A stretch of DNA of 62,537 nt, the filler included, from Squatina squatina (lineage: Eukaryota), in NCBI GenBank assembly GCA_031763465.1. It is 4 parts of 4 records of this genome, joined end to end, with 100 filler letters (N's around TTAATTAATTAA, not from the genome) between each part and the next. Parts side by side here need not be neighbours in the genome. Positions count along the whole stretch, not along the records: positions 12,739 to 27,777 come from JARFOE010000004.1; 3 more parts are not named here. One strand, written 5' to 3'. A program made the translations under genes and the position numbers. The notes beneath the pieces are model-generated. The model did no database searches and was not told the origin of the DNA. It saw only the letters and a list, made by a program, of their open reading frames with translations. Positions 12,936 through 25,598 of this stretch are shown here, one piece after another (positions within the stretch are counted from its first letter, which is position 1; each line of letters opens with the position of its first letter).

Positions 12936-13808
12936 CTGAAAAACAAAATTTTTTTTTTTTATAAAGTGATATGTCCACCACCTTTGAAAAAGTGAATGGA
13001 TTCTCTGAAGAGTCACATCCCACTAGCATTAGGATAAAACCAGTCTTCGAGATTGGCCAATTCATTTTCAAGTTTATAAAGGGAATTCACAACATTGATT
13101 CACCATGCAACAGGGTTCAAATACGGAGGAACACAGAAAGAAATCTGAAGAAAGATGGATGGATGGGATTGTGTCACCCAAAGGGTAAGAGAGAGTTCTA
13201 GAATTACAAAGGAGACCCAGTGAAACAGACAATATAGACNNNNNNNNNNNNNNNNNNNNNNNNNNNNNNNNNNNNNNNNNNNNNNNNNNNNNNNNNNNNN
13301 NNNNNNNNNNNNNNNNNNNNNNNNNNNNNNNNNNNNNNNCCAGAACGTCCCATATGCTTCACCACTTGTTCCACGTTAGCTGACCTCAGTTAGGGTAGCA
13401 GTAGGCATTTTACAATTAGCTGCAGGAAGGGGTAAAATCAGTTGCAGCTCCTGTGCACTATCCGGTGACTCCTGCTGGGAGCTACCTTCACAAGTAATGC
13501 CCGGTGGGAACAGAAGCGGCTTCAGCTGCAGTTCCCTTCAAAACTCATTCGCCTTCCAACACCACCTCTCTGGGCTCTTATGAAAAATGGACACTTACAC
13601 GATGCTGCTGGTGCCCTTGGGACCTCATCTCAGCCTAAGTCACACCTACGGGATAGAGAGGGAGAAAAGTGTGGAGGGGAGAGGAAAGGAATTCTGGAGA
13701 GCCAAGAGATGCTTCTGCAATATCGATTGTGCAACCTGGCACACGCCTATGCTCCTATGGTACTGCCAGTCATTAGAAAGCATTGATTTTATGTGCTCAC
13801 ACATTTAC

Positions 13809-13886
13809 CTGTTGTTAGTTTAAGGTTTTCAGCCAGGGAAGAAGCTTTCTCCTGCGATTCCTTCTCCACCTGCCCACTTGATCCAT
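13809..13886 (-). CDS. CUL9: Cullin-9 exon, 3' part only (5' part in gap)
   Basis: GSSGQVEKESQEKASSLAENLKLTT then G|gtaaat; phase 1 joins correctly to the 12935 acceptor (G|TT = Val). Confidence 0.7.
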
Positions 13887-14278
13887 NNNNNNNNNNNNNN
13901 NNNNNNNNNNNNNNNNNNNNNNNNNNNNNNNNNNNNNNNNNNNNNNNNNNNNNNNNNNNNNNNNNNNNNNNNNNNNNNNNNNNNNNGCACCTCGCTGTGG
14001 GCTCCCAGGAGTTTGTGGAGACGCTGGCATGGCAGCGCCGCACCCCACGGGTAACGCCCCAGGCTGCCACGCAACTGCCGATGAGGTCATCGTCGTGTAC
14101 AGTGACCCCTTTCCTCCCCACGGGGGCAATTGCCCCACGGCCCGCGAGACTGCCGCGAGTGGGTGTCAGCACCCGCGAAGCTGGCCAACATCCGCTTGTG
14201 GATGAAAGGTAAAGGGTAGGTCGCCAGCACCCTGCGCCACTATGTTTTTTTTGCCGATTCTTGGGGTGGCTAGCCTAC

Positions 14279-14623
14279 TGTTTTTTTCCGTGGCTGGGGT
14301 ATCAGTAGGCTGCTGGTGGCCATGCTCCGTGGCTGGAATATCGATTTAATGTTCCTGGGCTGTTCTGTGCCTGTCGACCCCATCGCGTGATCAGGTTGTT
14401 TATTCCGGTCCCAGCCCATGACACGGACTAATTCAGAAATCAAATTTGCCATCGCCATGGTGAATTCAAACTCGCGCAGCAGCCGAGGCTGTTCTGGCAC
14501 ATGCAAGGCAGTGCAGTCCTGGCGCTCTCCACTTACATCTTGCCCACTGTTATTTAACTTGTCCATCAGCGAGGTGACACACAGATAGCGTTTTACCAAA
14601 GAAAACAAGAGTTTCCCGGGAAT
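14279..14623 (-). CDS. CUL9: Cullin-9 exon (IPGKLLFSLVKRYL...), truncated at its 3' end
   Basis: ccatttcag|ATTCCCGGG; IPGKLLFSLVKRYLCVTSLMDKLN...EFEFTMAMANLISELVRVMGW...KSIFQP...PRKKT, then homology stops. Confidence 0.9.
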
Positions 14624-16749
14624 CTGAAATGGGAAAAACAAAGAATGAATTACAGCANNNNNNNNNNNNNNNNNNNNNNNNNNNNNNNNNNNNNNNNNNN
14701 NNNNNNNNNNNNNNNNNNNNNNNNNNNNNNNNNNNNNNNNNNNNNNNNNNNNNNNNNGTAACTGCAGGAGCCAAAAGATAAACCATGGCAGGAGATTCTC
14801 TGGCTTTGGCTGGATAGATAAGAATGGAACCAGGCGAAGGCAATCTCACTCAGCTGGACAGCGGAAGAGAGGCGTTAGAGGATGGTTTGGTCAACTGTCA
14901 AAGGTTGCAGACAGGTTGAGAAGGTTGTGGATGAATAATGCACCACGGTCACAATTGCATATGCTGTCATTTGTGACCTTGTTTCAATGCTGTCCAGCGA
15001 TGCATTGCAGCCATTATAACAAGCTATTCATAGTAAAATGATCAAATAATATATAGTAGTAACCCAAAATAACACTGGTAAAAGCATGAAACTTTTTTTT
15101 GTTTTGAGAATGTTGCATTCAAAAATAAATTAGGATGATTATGTGTACTTCAGTTTATTGGCTCACTTGGTTACACACCTTAGCTCTGTGTCAGAAGATT
15201 TGTGGGCTCAAGCACCTAGTTTAGCTTCATATTCAAAGCTGCACTAGTACTGGCAGTGCTGTCATTCTTAAGTTGAGATGTTAAATCACATTCCTTTCAG
15301 ACTGTTCAAATAAATGTTAAAGATACTACATCATTAGTTGAAGAGCAGCAAGGAGNNNNNNNNNNCCTTTTATCCTGGCTCGTTTTCTCTGTCTACTGTT
15401 ACCACCACAAGACGGTTAACTAGCCTTTGTCTTATAGCTGTTTGGAAATTTTGCTGTTTACAGAACTGCTACCTTTTGGCCACACATTAGCCACTACTAC
15501 AAAATAATTTGTATGTGCTTTGCAGTGTTTCCGAGATGTGATAAGGTACTGTGTAAATGCAAGTCTCACTTCCTTTAGTCTTTGCTCAACAAGATGTAAT
15601 TAATATAGAAACCACCCTTTATCTCTGGATTGCATCTGGGGAAAACGGGCTTATCGGTGATTTGTCATCACTATTGTCTTACCTCAGAAAAGGATGTTAC
15701 ATAGAATTACTTAAAATGTCCAGCACAGAAACAGGTCATTCAGCCCAACAGGTTGGTGTTGCTGCTCCACGCAAGCCTCCTCCCACTCTATTTATTTCAT
15801 CTCATTCGATCAATATATCCTTCTTTTCATTTCTCCCTCATGTGTTTATCTAGGTTCTCCCTAAATGTATCTCTGCTACTCGCCTCAATTACCCACATTC
15901 TAACCACTGAAGAAGTTTCTCCTGAATCCCCAACTGGATTTATTACTATTTTATATTCATAGTTCATGGACTCCCCACAAGCAGAAACATCTTTTCTATG
16001 TCCACCTTACCATAATTTCAAAGACTTAAGGACAATAATCTTCAACCGATGTGATTTGTTTCCTGTCCACAGCGAAGGACAGGAAAAATCCACAGTCTAC
16101 CAACATACTGCCATATCCCACCAGGCTGTTATACTGCTGCTTCCCCCAACACAACTGACCTACTGCCTGTTTGAATCTCAAACTACCTGCTAAGCAATCA
16201 GCATAGAATCACGGCCATCCAGATACTATGAAAGTACCTGTGGTCTATGAGCCTGCTCAAAGTAGAAAATATACCAGTTAAATTCAGGGCAAAACAAGCT
16301 TTTCAAATCTGTGCCCATTTCATCTTGTATAAAATGGGCACAAGTCAGTATTTCACACAGATAATACATGCAGTATGATGGCTGTGAAAGAGGTTTCAAA
16401 TGCAGAGAATATAGGCAGAATTTACATTTCTAGGGAAAACAGAAAACGAAGCAATTGGTCATCTGGGTGAGCTGAATTGTGATGGGACAATTCCACAAGA
16501 GCTGTGTTCATTATGGCTTCTGCTAGAACAGGCTGTATCATGATATTTAAAAGAAATGGAGGAGCAGGGAGAAAAGGAGTGCTGCTGACAATGAAGTAAT
16601 GATACGAACAGAGGAATATTGGCTGAAGGGTCGTTAAAAGAGGAACAGGCAGGGTGCAAGTAGGTCAGTGACAGTAAAATTAGAATGTGAATAGTTAATA
16701 CAGAGATGGTCAGTAAATTACAGAAATAAAAGAAAAATAGATTGATGCA

Positions 16750-17075
16750 GGAGACCCAGAGAAGCTGGGAGTGCTATCCTTGGAGCAGAGAAGGTTAAGG
16801 GAGGTTTAATAGAGGTGTCCAAAATGATGAGGTGTTTTGATGGAGTAGATGCAGAGGAACGGTTTCCATTGGCAGGAGGGTCAGTAACCAGAGGGCACAG
16901 ATGAACTGGCAAAAGATCCATGTAGGTGAAGAGGAATTGGATAAATCCTTGAAAAGGAAAAATTTGCAGGGCGATAGGGAAAGAGCAGATAAGCAAAACT
17001 AATTGGACAGCTCTTTGAAAAAGCTGGCACACGCACAATGGGCCAAATGGCCTCCTTCTGTCTTATGATTTCATA
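16750..17075 (+). mobile_element. CR1-type LINE 3' fragment
   Basis: ccttggagcagagaaggttaaggggaggtttaatagagg...tgggccaaatggcctccttctg tail typical of CR1; similar to 38651-38988. Confidence 0.75.
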
Positions 17076-17631
17076 AAATACTAAAAGAAATGATTACGGG
17101 AGAGAAGCAAACTATATTATTTTCCTGTTTACCCGACATCATACATGACTCACCATAATAGTTTTCTGTCCAACTCAGTAAGGTGTCTATTCTTTTATGT
17201 TAATACTGACCCTTGTAACAGGTAGTAGTATATGCATCATAAAGTTTCCATTATAGAAAGAATATCCATAGCTGGGGCACTCAGGATGCAAACAGCTATT
17301 TTTAATGAGTACCTCTCAGAGAAGTTTTAAAAAGCCACCACATTGTGATATGAGAATCCCCCATCAGCACTTGTACACTCCAATTTATTCCAGTCTCTGA
17401 GACCCACAACAGTCAAAGTGCTGATACAACTACTCTTGTTACAATTCTGTCTGGGTGTACTCCTTATGTTATACATTAATAAAAATCCAAAAAATGTGTT
17501 TCTCTAAGTATAGCACATGGTCTTAGTTTCATGGCCAAATACTGATCCTATAATCAAAGTGTCAGACCATTCCCAAAGGAATTACTAATGCTGGTACTGG
17601 ATACTCCTGGTTAAAACTACAAACATCCTAC

Positions 17632-18262
17632 CTGCATCATGTGAAGCGAGAGCCCGGAGCATCTTCCCAGCACTCCTGCGTGTCTGCGTTTCCTTGTTAC
17701 AGAGTAATTCCATAAGCACATCCAGAGCTCCGGTCTCTTTGAACACCCCAACCAGCGAGCCAATACGAGCATAGGCACTCAGAACATGGATTGTGTGTGA
17801 AATATTCAAGGATGAATCTGGTCCAGATTTGCGAGACATTTGTCGCCTCGCTCTTTGCACCAAATGCTTAACATCCTCCTTCATATCAAGTAACTCCACA
17901 TCGTCAAACGTGACATCGGAGTCTGCACTCACTGGGCAAGATCTGGCACTTGGCTCCTGTTCCTCTTTCACTCTTTGACCCTCAGGTTTCCGTTTCCCAA
18001 GGAGCGTAGGACAATTGGCATATACGTCTTCAGCTGACATCCACATCAAAATATTGTCCACTTTGTTGTCGCTAGACGAACTGTTTGCTCCATTACTGCT
18101 GCTGCCTCCACCTCCACTATCATCTATCGTCAGCACATTCCAGCGAATGAGATACTCTGTAAGACCGTCGTGTGAGCGACGCTGTCGGATCAGCTCTTCT
18201 GGATACGCCTGTATTTTCGGTCCCAGCTGCACCAGAAGGTTTTTGCTGCGCCGTTCACCCAT
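17632..18262 (-). CDS. CUL9: Cullin-9 first coding exon
   Basis: MGERRSKNLLVQLGPKIQAYPEELIRQRRSHDGLTEYLIRW...ILMWMSAEDVYANCPTLLG...SAGKMLRALASHDAG; acceptor tgtgcag before 18273, donor gtagga. Closer to CUL9 than CUL7 and downstream of SRF, as human CUL9 is. Confidence 0.93.
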
Positions 18263-19072
18263 TGTGCTAGTACCTGCACAGAAAGTAACAATTATATTTA
18301 TAGCAAAGCATTCTCAATACTTAACTGACGTCAGCCTCCAAATGTAAAATATTTGCCACTAGGATCCCATGTCTGACCAAATGGTCACAACTTACTGGAA
18401 TAATTCTACTGCAACTGTATGATTTATTTTTAAACAAATGCAACGACTTTATGGTTCTTCTGCAGATGTGATATTAGTTGCAGGTTTTTAAACACGCACA
18501 GGAAGAACAGCCAAGTAGGTGCAATCTTGCCAATGTAAGGATATGCTGAATAACTCAAGGGCAAGTATTTCAGTTTTACAAGACAATGTGCACAAAATTC
18601 ATTTCAGCAATTGGCAAGTGAACCGAATCAGTAAGAATGAGAGGATCCTGCCCTGTTTCCAGTGATAGGAACAACCTGCCCATACAACACCCATATGGCT
18701 TGATTATGAAAAAGGTTACATGAGATAAACATTTTTAAAATTAAAAATGCATTTTTACAAACAAAGGTTGTTGACTTAGTGCAGGGCTCTCCAACAAAGG
18801 GATTGAGGAAGGCGACAAGATGACACGGTTTGCAGCCAGTCAGGCCAGTCCCAGAGTTTTAAATATCCTGTGCAGTCCTTACCACTTACACCTCCACACT
18901 TATCACAGACAGCCGCCCATATTGGGCAAATGGCATTAACCATTTGCCATTACCTCTGAAGCCAATTACTTANNNNNNNNNNNNNNNNNNNNNNNNNNNN
19001 NNNNNNNNNNNNNNNNNNNNNNNNNNNNNNNNNNNNNNNNNNNNNNNNNNNNNNNNNNNNNNNNNNNNNNNN

Positions 19073-19142
19073 CACACGAGGAGGCACACACACAGGCGCA
19101 CACGAGGAGGCACACACACAGGCGCACACGAGGAGGCACACA
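19073..19142. repeat. Short tandem repeat, ~26-bp unit
   Basis: cacacgaggaggcacacacacaggcg repeated about 2.5 times at a gap edge. Confidence 0.7.
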
Positions 19143-19235
19143 GAGATGTGCACCATGTCAGGACACACTTTCCATTAAATCTCCGGTAAGATAGCTACAG
19201 GATTGTCACAATTGCTAGTCGCACAATTTGTTACA

Positions 19236-19241
19236 TTTATT
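19236..19241 (-). promoter_or_regulatory. Candidate SRF polyadenylation signal (AATAAA)
   Basis: TTTATT on + at the far end of an AT-rich, UTR-like stretch downstream of the SRF exons. Confidence 0.4.
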
Positions 19242-20948
19242 GAAAGGGCATTTTTTATTATTTTTTAATACAGAAAGATGTCTCTGTACACAGTACTGTG
19301 TTTACATACACAAACCCTCCAGAGTTCTGGAAACAAAGAAAAAACAGAATCCAAACACAACGAAAAAAACAATAAAAATTTGTTTTTCTTTTTAAAAAAA
19401 AGCTTTCACTGTGTAAATCACACCAAAACTGGGCGTGTCGGACTGTGGGCCTGTGAACCGGCTGCACTCTGACACGTCCTGTTCCTTTTGCTGAAACATA
19501 TATTGATACTTTTGTATTGTGAAAAAAAATATTTTAAAAAACACACACCCCTCCCCTCCCCCGCCTGTGTAATACAAACTCGTACACATAAAACTGCAAT
19601 ACAATTTTAGAAGTGTTTTTTTTTCTCATCTTCTCTGTAATACATAAATACTGAATAAACACCTATAAAAATAAACTCTCTCTTTCAAGGCATTTTATAA
19701 AAAGTAGTGGCCGCTTCCTATGAAAACGCCTCCCTTCATAGCACCAAATACAAAAAGCAGCGGCTTGCAGGTGGGCCTGAAGCAGAAGGGACCGTGAAAG
19801 GCAGAAAGGTCAGGGCAGAAACAGCGGGGAATCAACCAGAAGGCCACGGTTTCAGAGCTGGGAACCCAGGGAGGTGGGAAAGCATGGTACAACCACAACA
19901 GGCACAGCGTCCTTTTGAAAAGGGGATCTCCCCAGTGCCAGGGAGAGAGTGGCGGGGAGGGAGACTGAGGTGACACAGAGGAGTCGCCTGAACCTCTCAG
20001 CAGCCCGAGATCGAGGGAGGCAGGAGAAGTTGCAGACCAACCTGTCCTCTCCCTCCTCCACAGGGAGATAAAAGCTTCAGGGATACAAGATAAACAGGTG
20101 GGGCAGAATGACACAGGAGTAACTTTAAAAAGTCCCCGATCTTAATCAGCTACCTTTGTGTATAAAGGGATATGGGGACTGGGCGGGAAAGTGAAGTTGA
20201 GATCTAAGGTCAGTCATGATCTTATTGAATGGTGGAGCAGGCTCGAGGGGCCGTATGGCCTACTCCTGCTCCTGATTCTTAAGTTCTTGTGTTAGCAGCG
20301 GCCACATCATGGGGGCTGGAAGCAGGTTTCCACCAGCAGTGTATCAGACAGTTCACCCCCACGCCAGGAACCAGCAGTCCCACCGAGCAGGCAGAGAGAG
20401 TGTCTGTGAATCAGATCAAACCCAGGGCATTTATCCGGGAAGCAGACTTTCCCGTTCAGTGCCAGTACCTTCTTGTTCCCTGCCTCTGGAAAATTTGGAC
20501 TCTCGCTGGGCTACAGTCCCCACACATGCCCGAGTGTACATTCTAAATGTGAGCACCCACAAACAGCGAGTGCGTGTGAAGAGGGAGGGTTCACCAGCCC
20601 AGCGCAATCCTCTNNNNNNNNNNNNNNNNNNNNNNNNNNNNNNNNNNNNNNNNNNNNNNNNNNNNNNNNNNNNNNNNNNNNNNNNNNNNNNNNNNNNNNN
20701 NNNNNNNNNNNNNTGTGCTCCTCATTGATATTTCAGATCCGGCAGTAAATTTGAGGAGCAATGACAGAGTATAATTCATCCTCTCCCCACCGCCCCCACG
20801 CTCCCACAACCCTGATCTCCCTTACAATGACTTGGTAGAAAAACATATTGCATGAAAATCACAAGAGCCCAAACCCTTCATGCAGACTGATACAATGATG
20901 CCCCAAACAGCCACCATTTGATACAGTGTGTTCCTCTTGCCTGTGTAC

Positions 20949-20949
20949 G

Positions 20950-20982
<33 letters not shown>
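20949..20982. repeat. (GA)n microsatellite
   Basis: Seen directly. Confidence 0.9.
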
Positions 20983-20983
<1 letters not shown>

Positions 20984-21095
20984 ACACATCAAGAATCACA
21001 ATCCCCCACCACCCACCATCCATTAAAAAGGGAATCCCATTGACCTTTCCTGTAGGACATCAGGGATGTTCAGATATTGTCTCTTTACACCATAC

Positions 21096-21172
21096 CTGGT
21101 GTAGCTGGACGGCTGACAGAGGGATTTGGACTGTTCCTGTGGGAGCAGTGAGCACAACCTGGGGTACACCAC
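21096..21172 (-). CDS. SRF: Serum response factor penultimate coding exon (77 bp)
   Basis: cttgcag|GTGGTG...CACCAG|gtatgg; GGVPQVVLTAPTGTVQIPLSAVQLHQ versus human GGVPQVFLTASSGTVQIPVSAVQLHQ. Confidence 0.9.
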
Positions 21173-22089
21173 CTGCAAGAGACAACAAGCAACTCAACAC
21201 GAACACCAAACCCAAGATCAATTCTTCAAACACACAGATTCTTCATGACCCTCAGGTCCAAGTAACAGTACCTTATCTTTGATGGCCCATCATAGTCCTC
21301 ATACCTCCATTGGAAGTCCTCCCCTCACTATCACTTCTCATTTGAAATGGAACTCCCACTTCTCATCTCCTCCGTCACCTAACCACTGTCCGAGAAGCTC
21401 AGTTCCCCAATTTGTGCCAGTTTCTACTCCCTCAACAGTTCTTAACTCTTTCGAAAGCCTGAGTCTGTCCAAAGCTTGTTTTCTGATTGGTGGCCTTTCT
21501 TGCACCCCTAACCTCCAAACTCTCTGACTCTCTTTGCAGTTTATTTCTATTTTATCGATTACACGATGGTCATTGTTACTCTGAACTTTCAACTCTTGTT
21601 CCTTCTCAGCTCCAAATACTCTGTCCTCCTTACTCTCCTCCCTCCCTCCCATTACAACAGTGAACATGTTTTGAAAGTACTACATTGGCTGTAAAGCGCT
21701 TTGGGACGTTCCAAGGATGAGAAAGGGGCTATATGAATGCAAGTCTTTCATTCTTAACCAAATTTAAATTGTGCTGTATTTCCTCATTCCACTCCTGGAC
21801 CTGGAGAATGGCCTCCTTGTGTCCTGGAAGAAATCTATGATTCTATGGGCCTCCAATCTGCGGATATCGTTAATTCCCACACTATTCCTATTCTTCAAAA
21901 AGCTACAGACCTTCAAAGTCCAAGCACAGCACCACCATTTACTGATTNNNNNNNNNNNNNNNNNNNNNNNNNNNNNNNNNNNNNNNNNNNNNNNNNNNNN
22001 NNNNNNNNNNNNNNNNNNNNNNNNNNNNNNNNNNNNNNNNNNNNNNNAGTTTTTTTTCCCTTCGACCACACACAGGTTTCAGTCCTTAC

Positions 22090-22356
22090 CTTATTTTCCC
22101 CGCTGCTGTCAGTCTCCGATACCTGATATGTCAGGTCAGTCTCCTCAAATCCTGTGGCGCTCATCCTCTGATCCGTCGTGGGATCTGAGCGTGGCGGCGA
22201 ATCAGGGGAATTTAAACACGTCTGGATCAGCGCCTTCCCGGTCTCGCTGGTGATCATAGGCTGCAGTTTCCGGGTGGCGAAGGTGTACACATGGCCCGTC
22301 TCACTAGCTACTAGTAGAAGGACTTGGGTCCCCGTCAGCGTGGAGAGCTCGTAGGC
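22090..22356 (-). CDS. SRF: Serum response factor exon 2 (second half of MADS box and SAM domain, 267 bp)
   Basis: atgcag|GCCTAC...AATAAG|gtaagg; AYELSTLTGTQVLLLVASETGHVYTFATRKLQPMITSETGKALIQTCLNSPDSPPRSDPTTDQRMSATGFEETDLTYQVSE, near-identical to human SRF. Confidence 0.97.
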
Positions 22357-22439
22357 CTGCATATGAAACAGGGCGGAGAGAAAAGAAGGGTATCTTATCA
22401 TTCTGTAGCACCACAAATCACACTTGCCAAATGAACCAC

Positions 22440-22765
22440 TGCAGCACAAGGCTGGGTCACAGAGCAGAGAGACAGAATACACACCCACACTTGGATCCGT
22501 GTGATAGAGTGTGCACTGCAGTGCAAAGCTGGATAACAGCAGTGACACAATACACACGCACACTAGGATACAGAGAGTGCACCAGGCACGGAGCTGGATA
22601 ACAGCAGTGACACAATACACACCCACACTAGGATACAGAGAGTGCACCAGGCACGGAGCTGGATAACACAGCTCGGTGACACAATACACACCCACACCAG
22701 GATACAGAGCGCGCACCGGGCACGGAGCTGAATAACACAGCTCGGTGACAATACACACGCACAAT
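22440..22765. repeat. Minisatellite, ~5 copies of a ~65-70-bp unit, in SRF intron 1
   Basis: Recurring acaatacacacccacactaggatacagagagtgcaccaggcacggagctggataaca(ca)gc...gtgac. Confidence 0.85.
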
Positions 22766-22936
22766 GACATTGCTGCCCTGAGGGGAGACACGGTTGGCAG
22801 AAGGACAGCTCAAGAAGGTGGCGGATACACCTTCTCCTGGAAAGGTAATCCAGAGGAAGAACGATGTCTCCAGAGTTGGCTTTGCCATAAAAAATGAACT
22901 AGTCGGGCACCTCAGTGAGTCTCCTTGCGACATAAA
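22766..22936 (+). mobile_element. RTE-clade LINE endonuclease fragment
   Basis: With frameshifts reads DIAAL..ETRLAEGQLKK..GYTFSWKGNPEEERC..VGFAIKNELV, typical RTE APE motifs. Confidence 0.75.
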
Positions 22937-24381
22937 NNNNNNNNNNNNNNNNNNNNNNNNNNNNNNNNNNNNNNNNNNNNNNNNNNNNNNNNNNNNNNNN
23001 NNNNNNNNNNNNNNNNNNNNNNNNNNNNNNNNNNNNACACAGGGCCATGTCCAGCTCCTCCCCACTGTGGCACACAGATATCACACAGGGCCAGGTCGAA
23101 CCTCTCTTCAGTGATACATGAACTGTGATGCAAGAACCAAATGTCAGATATTCCATGGGTATATAAAGATGAAATGAAATACCAAAAAGTGTGAACTTTA
23201 TTGACAGCAGCATGTAGAAATTATGGATATGAAACCAACTGCACAAGCCTAATATGTGTACTAAATGTGTCTAAATTTTAAGTCAAATTAAAAAAAAACT
23301 AACAGTTCAGCCAAGGTTTGTTCTTTTCACACTAAGATAAAATTTAACTAACTCGATATAAAAAAAAGTTTTCTTAAAAGAATTATAAAAAACAGGAGCT
23401 TGCATTTCCTAACAGTTTTGACAGCTGATAAAAATTCCTTCATACACCAGGCACTTGGTTCAGTACAGACTTGCCTATATGCAATACCAGTTTAATTTCT
23501 GTCTTTAGATATCGTGTTTTTGCTTGTAAAGATATGTTTAAAGGTTAACATACATAAAATAAACTTCTTTTAAAAAGGCAAATAAACAGTACCATGTTGG
23601 AAAGACGAGATCATTGAGAACCTACTGAAATAAATAGACAGGTTTCTCCANNNNNNNNNNNNNNNNNNNNNNNNNNNNNNNNNNNNNNNNNNNNNNNNNN
23701 NNNNNNNNNNNNNNNNNNNNNNNNNNNNNNNNNNNNNNNNNNNNNNNNNNNNNNNNNNNNNNNNNNNNNNNNNNNNNNNNNNNNNNNNNNNNNNNNNNNN
23801 NNNNNNNNNNNNNNNNNNNNNNNNNNNNNNNNNNNNNNNNNNNNNNNNNNNNNNNNNNNNNNNNNNNNNNNNNNNNNNNNNNNNNNNNNNNNNNNNNNNN
23901 NNNNNNNNNNNNNNNNNNNNNNNNNNNNNNNNNNNNNNNNNNNNNNNNNNNNNNNNNNNNNNNNNNNNNNNNNNNNNNNNNNNNNNNNNNNNNNNNNNNN
24001 NNNNNNNNNNNNNNNNNNNNNNNNNNNNNNNNNNNNNNNNNNNNNNNNNNNNNNNNNNNNNNNNNNNNNNNNNNNNNNNNNNNNNNNNNNNNNNNNNNNN
24101 NNNNNNNNNNNNNNNNNNNNNNNNNNNNNNNNNNNNNNNNNNNNNNNNNNNNNNNNNNNNNNNNNNNNNNNNNNNNNNNNNNNNNNNNNNNNNNNNNNNN
24201 NNNNNNNNNNNNNNNNNNNNNNNNNNNNNNNNNNNNNNNNNNNNNNNNNNNNNNNNNNNNNNNNNNNNNNNNNNNNNNNNNNNNNNNNNNNNNNNNNNNN
24301 NNNNNNNNNNNNNNNNNNNNNNNNNNNNNNNNNNNNNNNNNNNNNNNNNNNNNNNNNNNNNNNNNNNNNNNNNNNNNNNNN

Positions 24382-24483
24382 GGCGGTCCTTGGGGCTTGC
24401 TGCCCAGCAACGCTGCATCAGTTTGTAGAGTTTAGATGGGCAGCCATCAGGTGCAGGGAGTTTAATTTGACTGTTCTGTACAC
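24382..24483 (-). CDS. PTK7: PTK7 last coding exon (stop codon in gap)
   Basis: ttttatag|GTGTAC; VQNSQIKLPAPDGCPSKLYKLMQRCWAASPKDR versus human LPQPEGCPSKLYRLMQRCWALSPKDRP. AT-rich UTR-like sequence follows, with AATAAA on the minus strand at 23197-23202. Confidence 0.9.
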
Positions 24484-24726
24484 CTATAAAAAAAAACAAA
24501 TTGAATTAATCTTAAGAATTAAACAAGTTTATCCTCATTTCTCCCCTTGCCTCATCATTTGCTGGAGGCATGCAGAAAAATGCAAATTCCCACCACCCTG
24601 AAATGTGTTTGTCAACCATACAACCTTGCACTTCAACTGCCAATGGTTTAACCTCTTGAGGCGCAAGCAGGAAAGGCATCACGTATCCCCATAACAGGTA
24701 CAAAGGGTATAACGGGAGCAGGGAAG

Positions 24727-24937
24727 TTTCGAAGAAGAGCAGGAGATCTTCCCAATGTCCTGGCTAATATTTATCCACCAGTCAAACAGATTATCTGGTC
24801 ATTATCACATTTGTGGGAGCTTGCTGTGTGCAATTTGGTCGCTACGTTTCCCTTCATTACAAGAGTGTCTGCACACTTCAAAAATACTTTATTGGCTGTA
24901 AAGCACTTTGGGATGTCCTGAGATTGTGAAAGGCGCT
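24727..24937 (+). mobile_element. Deu-domain SINE, 3' half
   Basis: acagattatctggtcattatcacattt gtgggagcttgctgtgtgcaatttgg...attggctgtaaagcactttgggatgtcctgag. Confidence 0.8.
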
Positions 24938-25037
24938 NNNNNNNNNNNNNNNNNNNNNNNNNNNNNNNNNNNNNNNNNNNNNNNNNNNNNNNNNNNNNNN
25001 NNNNNNNNNNNNNNNNNNNNNNNNNNNNNNNNNNNNN

Positions 25038-25420
25038 AGTAGCTGAGGAGAGAGAACCGTGAACAATGTCAGCTAACATGGGAGCCAGAAAAGGGTGGTC
25101 AGCAGTTTAGTGGGAATAGGGTAAAGGAACAGGAAGTGGGTCTCATGAACAAGATGAGCGTGGAGAGGTCAAGAGGAGAGGTCAGAGAGAAACTGGGAAG
25201 GAAGGGGAGTGGCAGAGGCAGCCGATCTGATGGTCTCAATCTTTGAAACAAAAAAGTCCATGAACTCCTCGCACTTGTTGTTGGAGGTGATTGTGGTGGA
25301 GACAGGGGAGGGGGATTTAAGAAGACAGTTAGCAGTGGAGAATAGCAGCCAGGGCTTATCTCTGCATTCCAGAATGATCCTGAAATAGTGAACAGTTTTA
25401 GCAGACAAGAGTACAACTGG
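25038..25420 (-). mobile_element. L2-clade LINE ORF2 fragment
   Basis: AKTVHYFRIILECRDKPWLLFSTANCLLK...SNNKCEEFMDFFVSKIETIRS, the typical linker between the L2 endonuclease and RT domains. Confidence 0.75.
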
Positions 25421-25598
25421 ATAATGCTTTATGTGGTCCAGCCAGATCTGGAGGTGAATGGCTAATACTGTGTGTGGAAGGGTGTTTCTCCTTTAAGCTG
25501 TTGTTCAAGTGTTATATAGAAAATTAAATCAAATTTCATTTTTCTATGTATACATAAAATATCTGAACCCCATCACTGGGAGAAGCCATTTCACCAAC

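Noticed and set aside
23570-24499. Long ORFs spanning N runs (also 32388-33053, 48302-49036, 51332-52455)
   Set aside because: Their length comes from untranslatable Ns; only the PTK7 exon portion is real.
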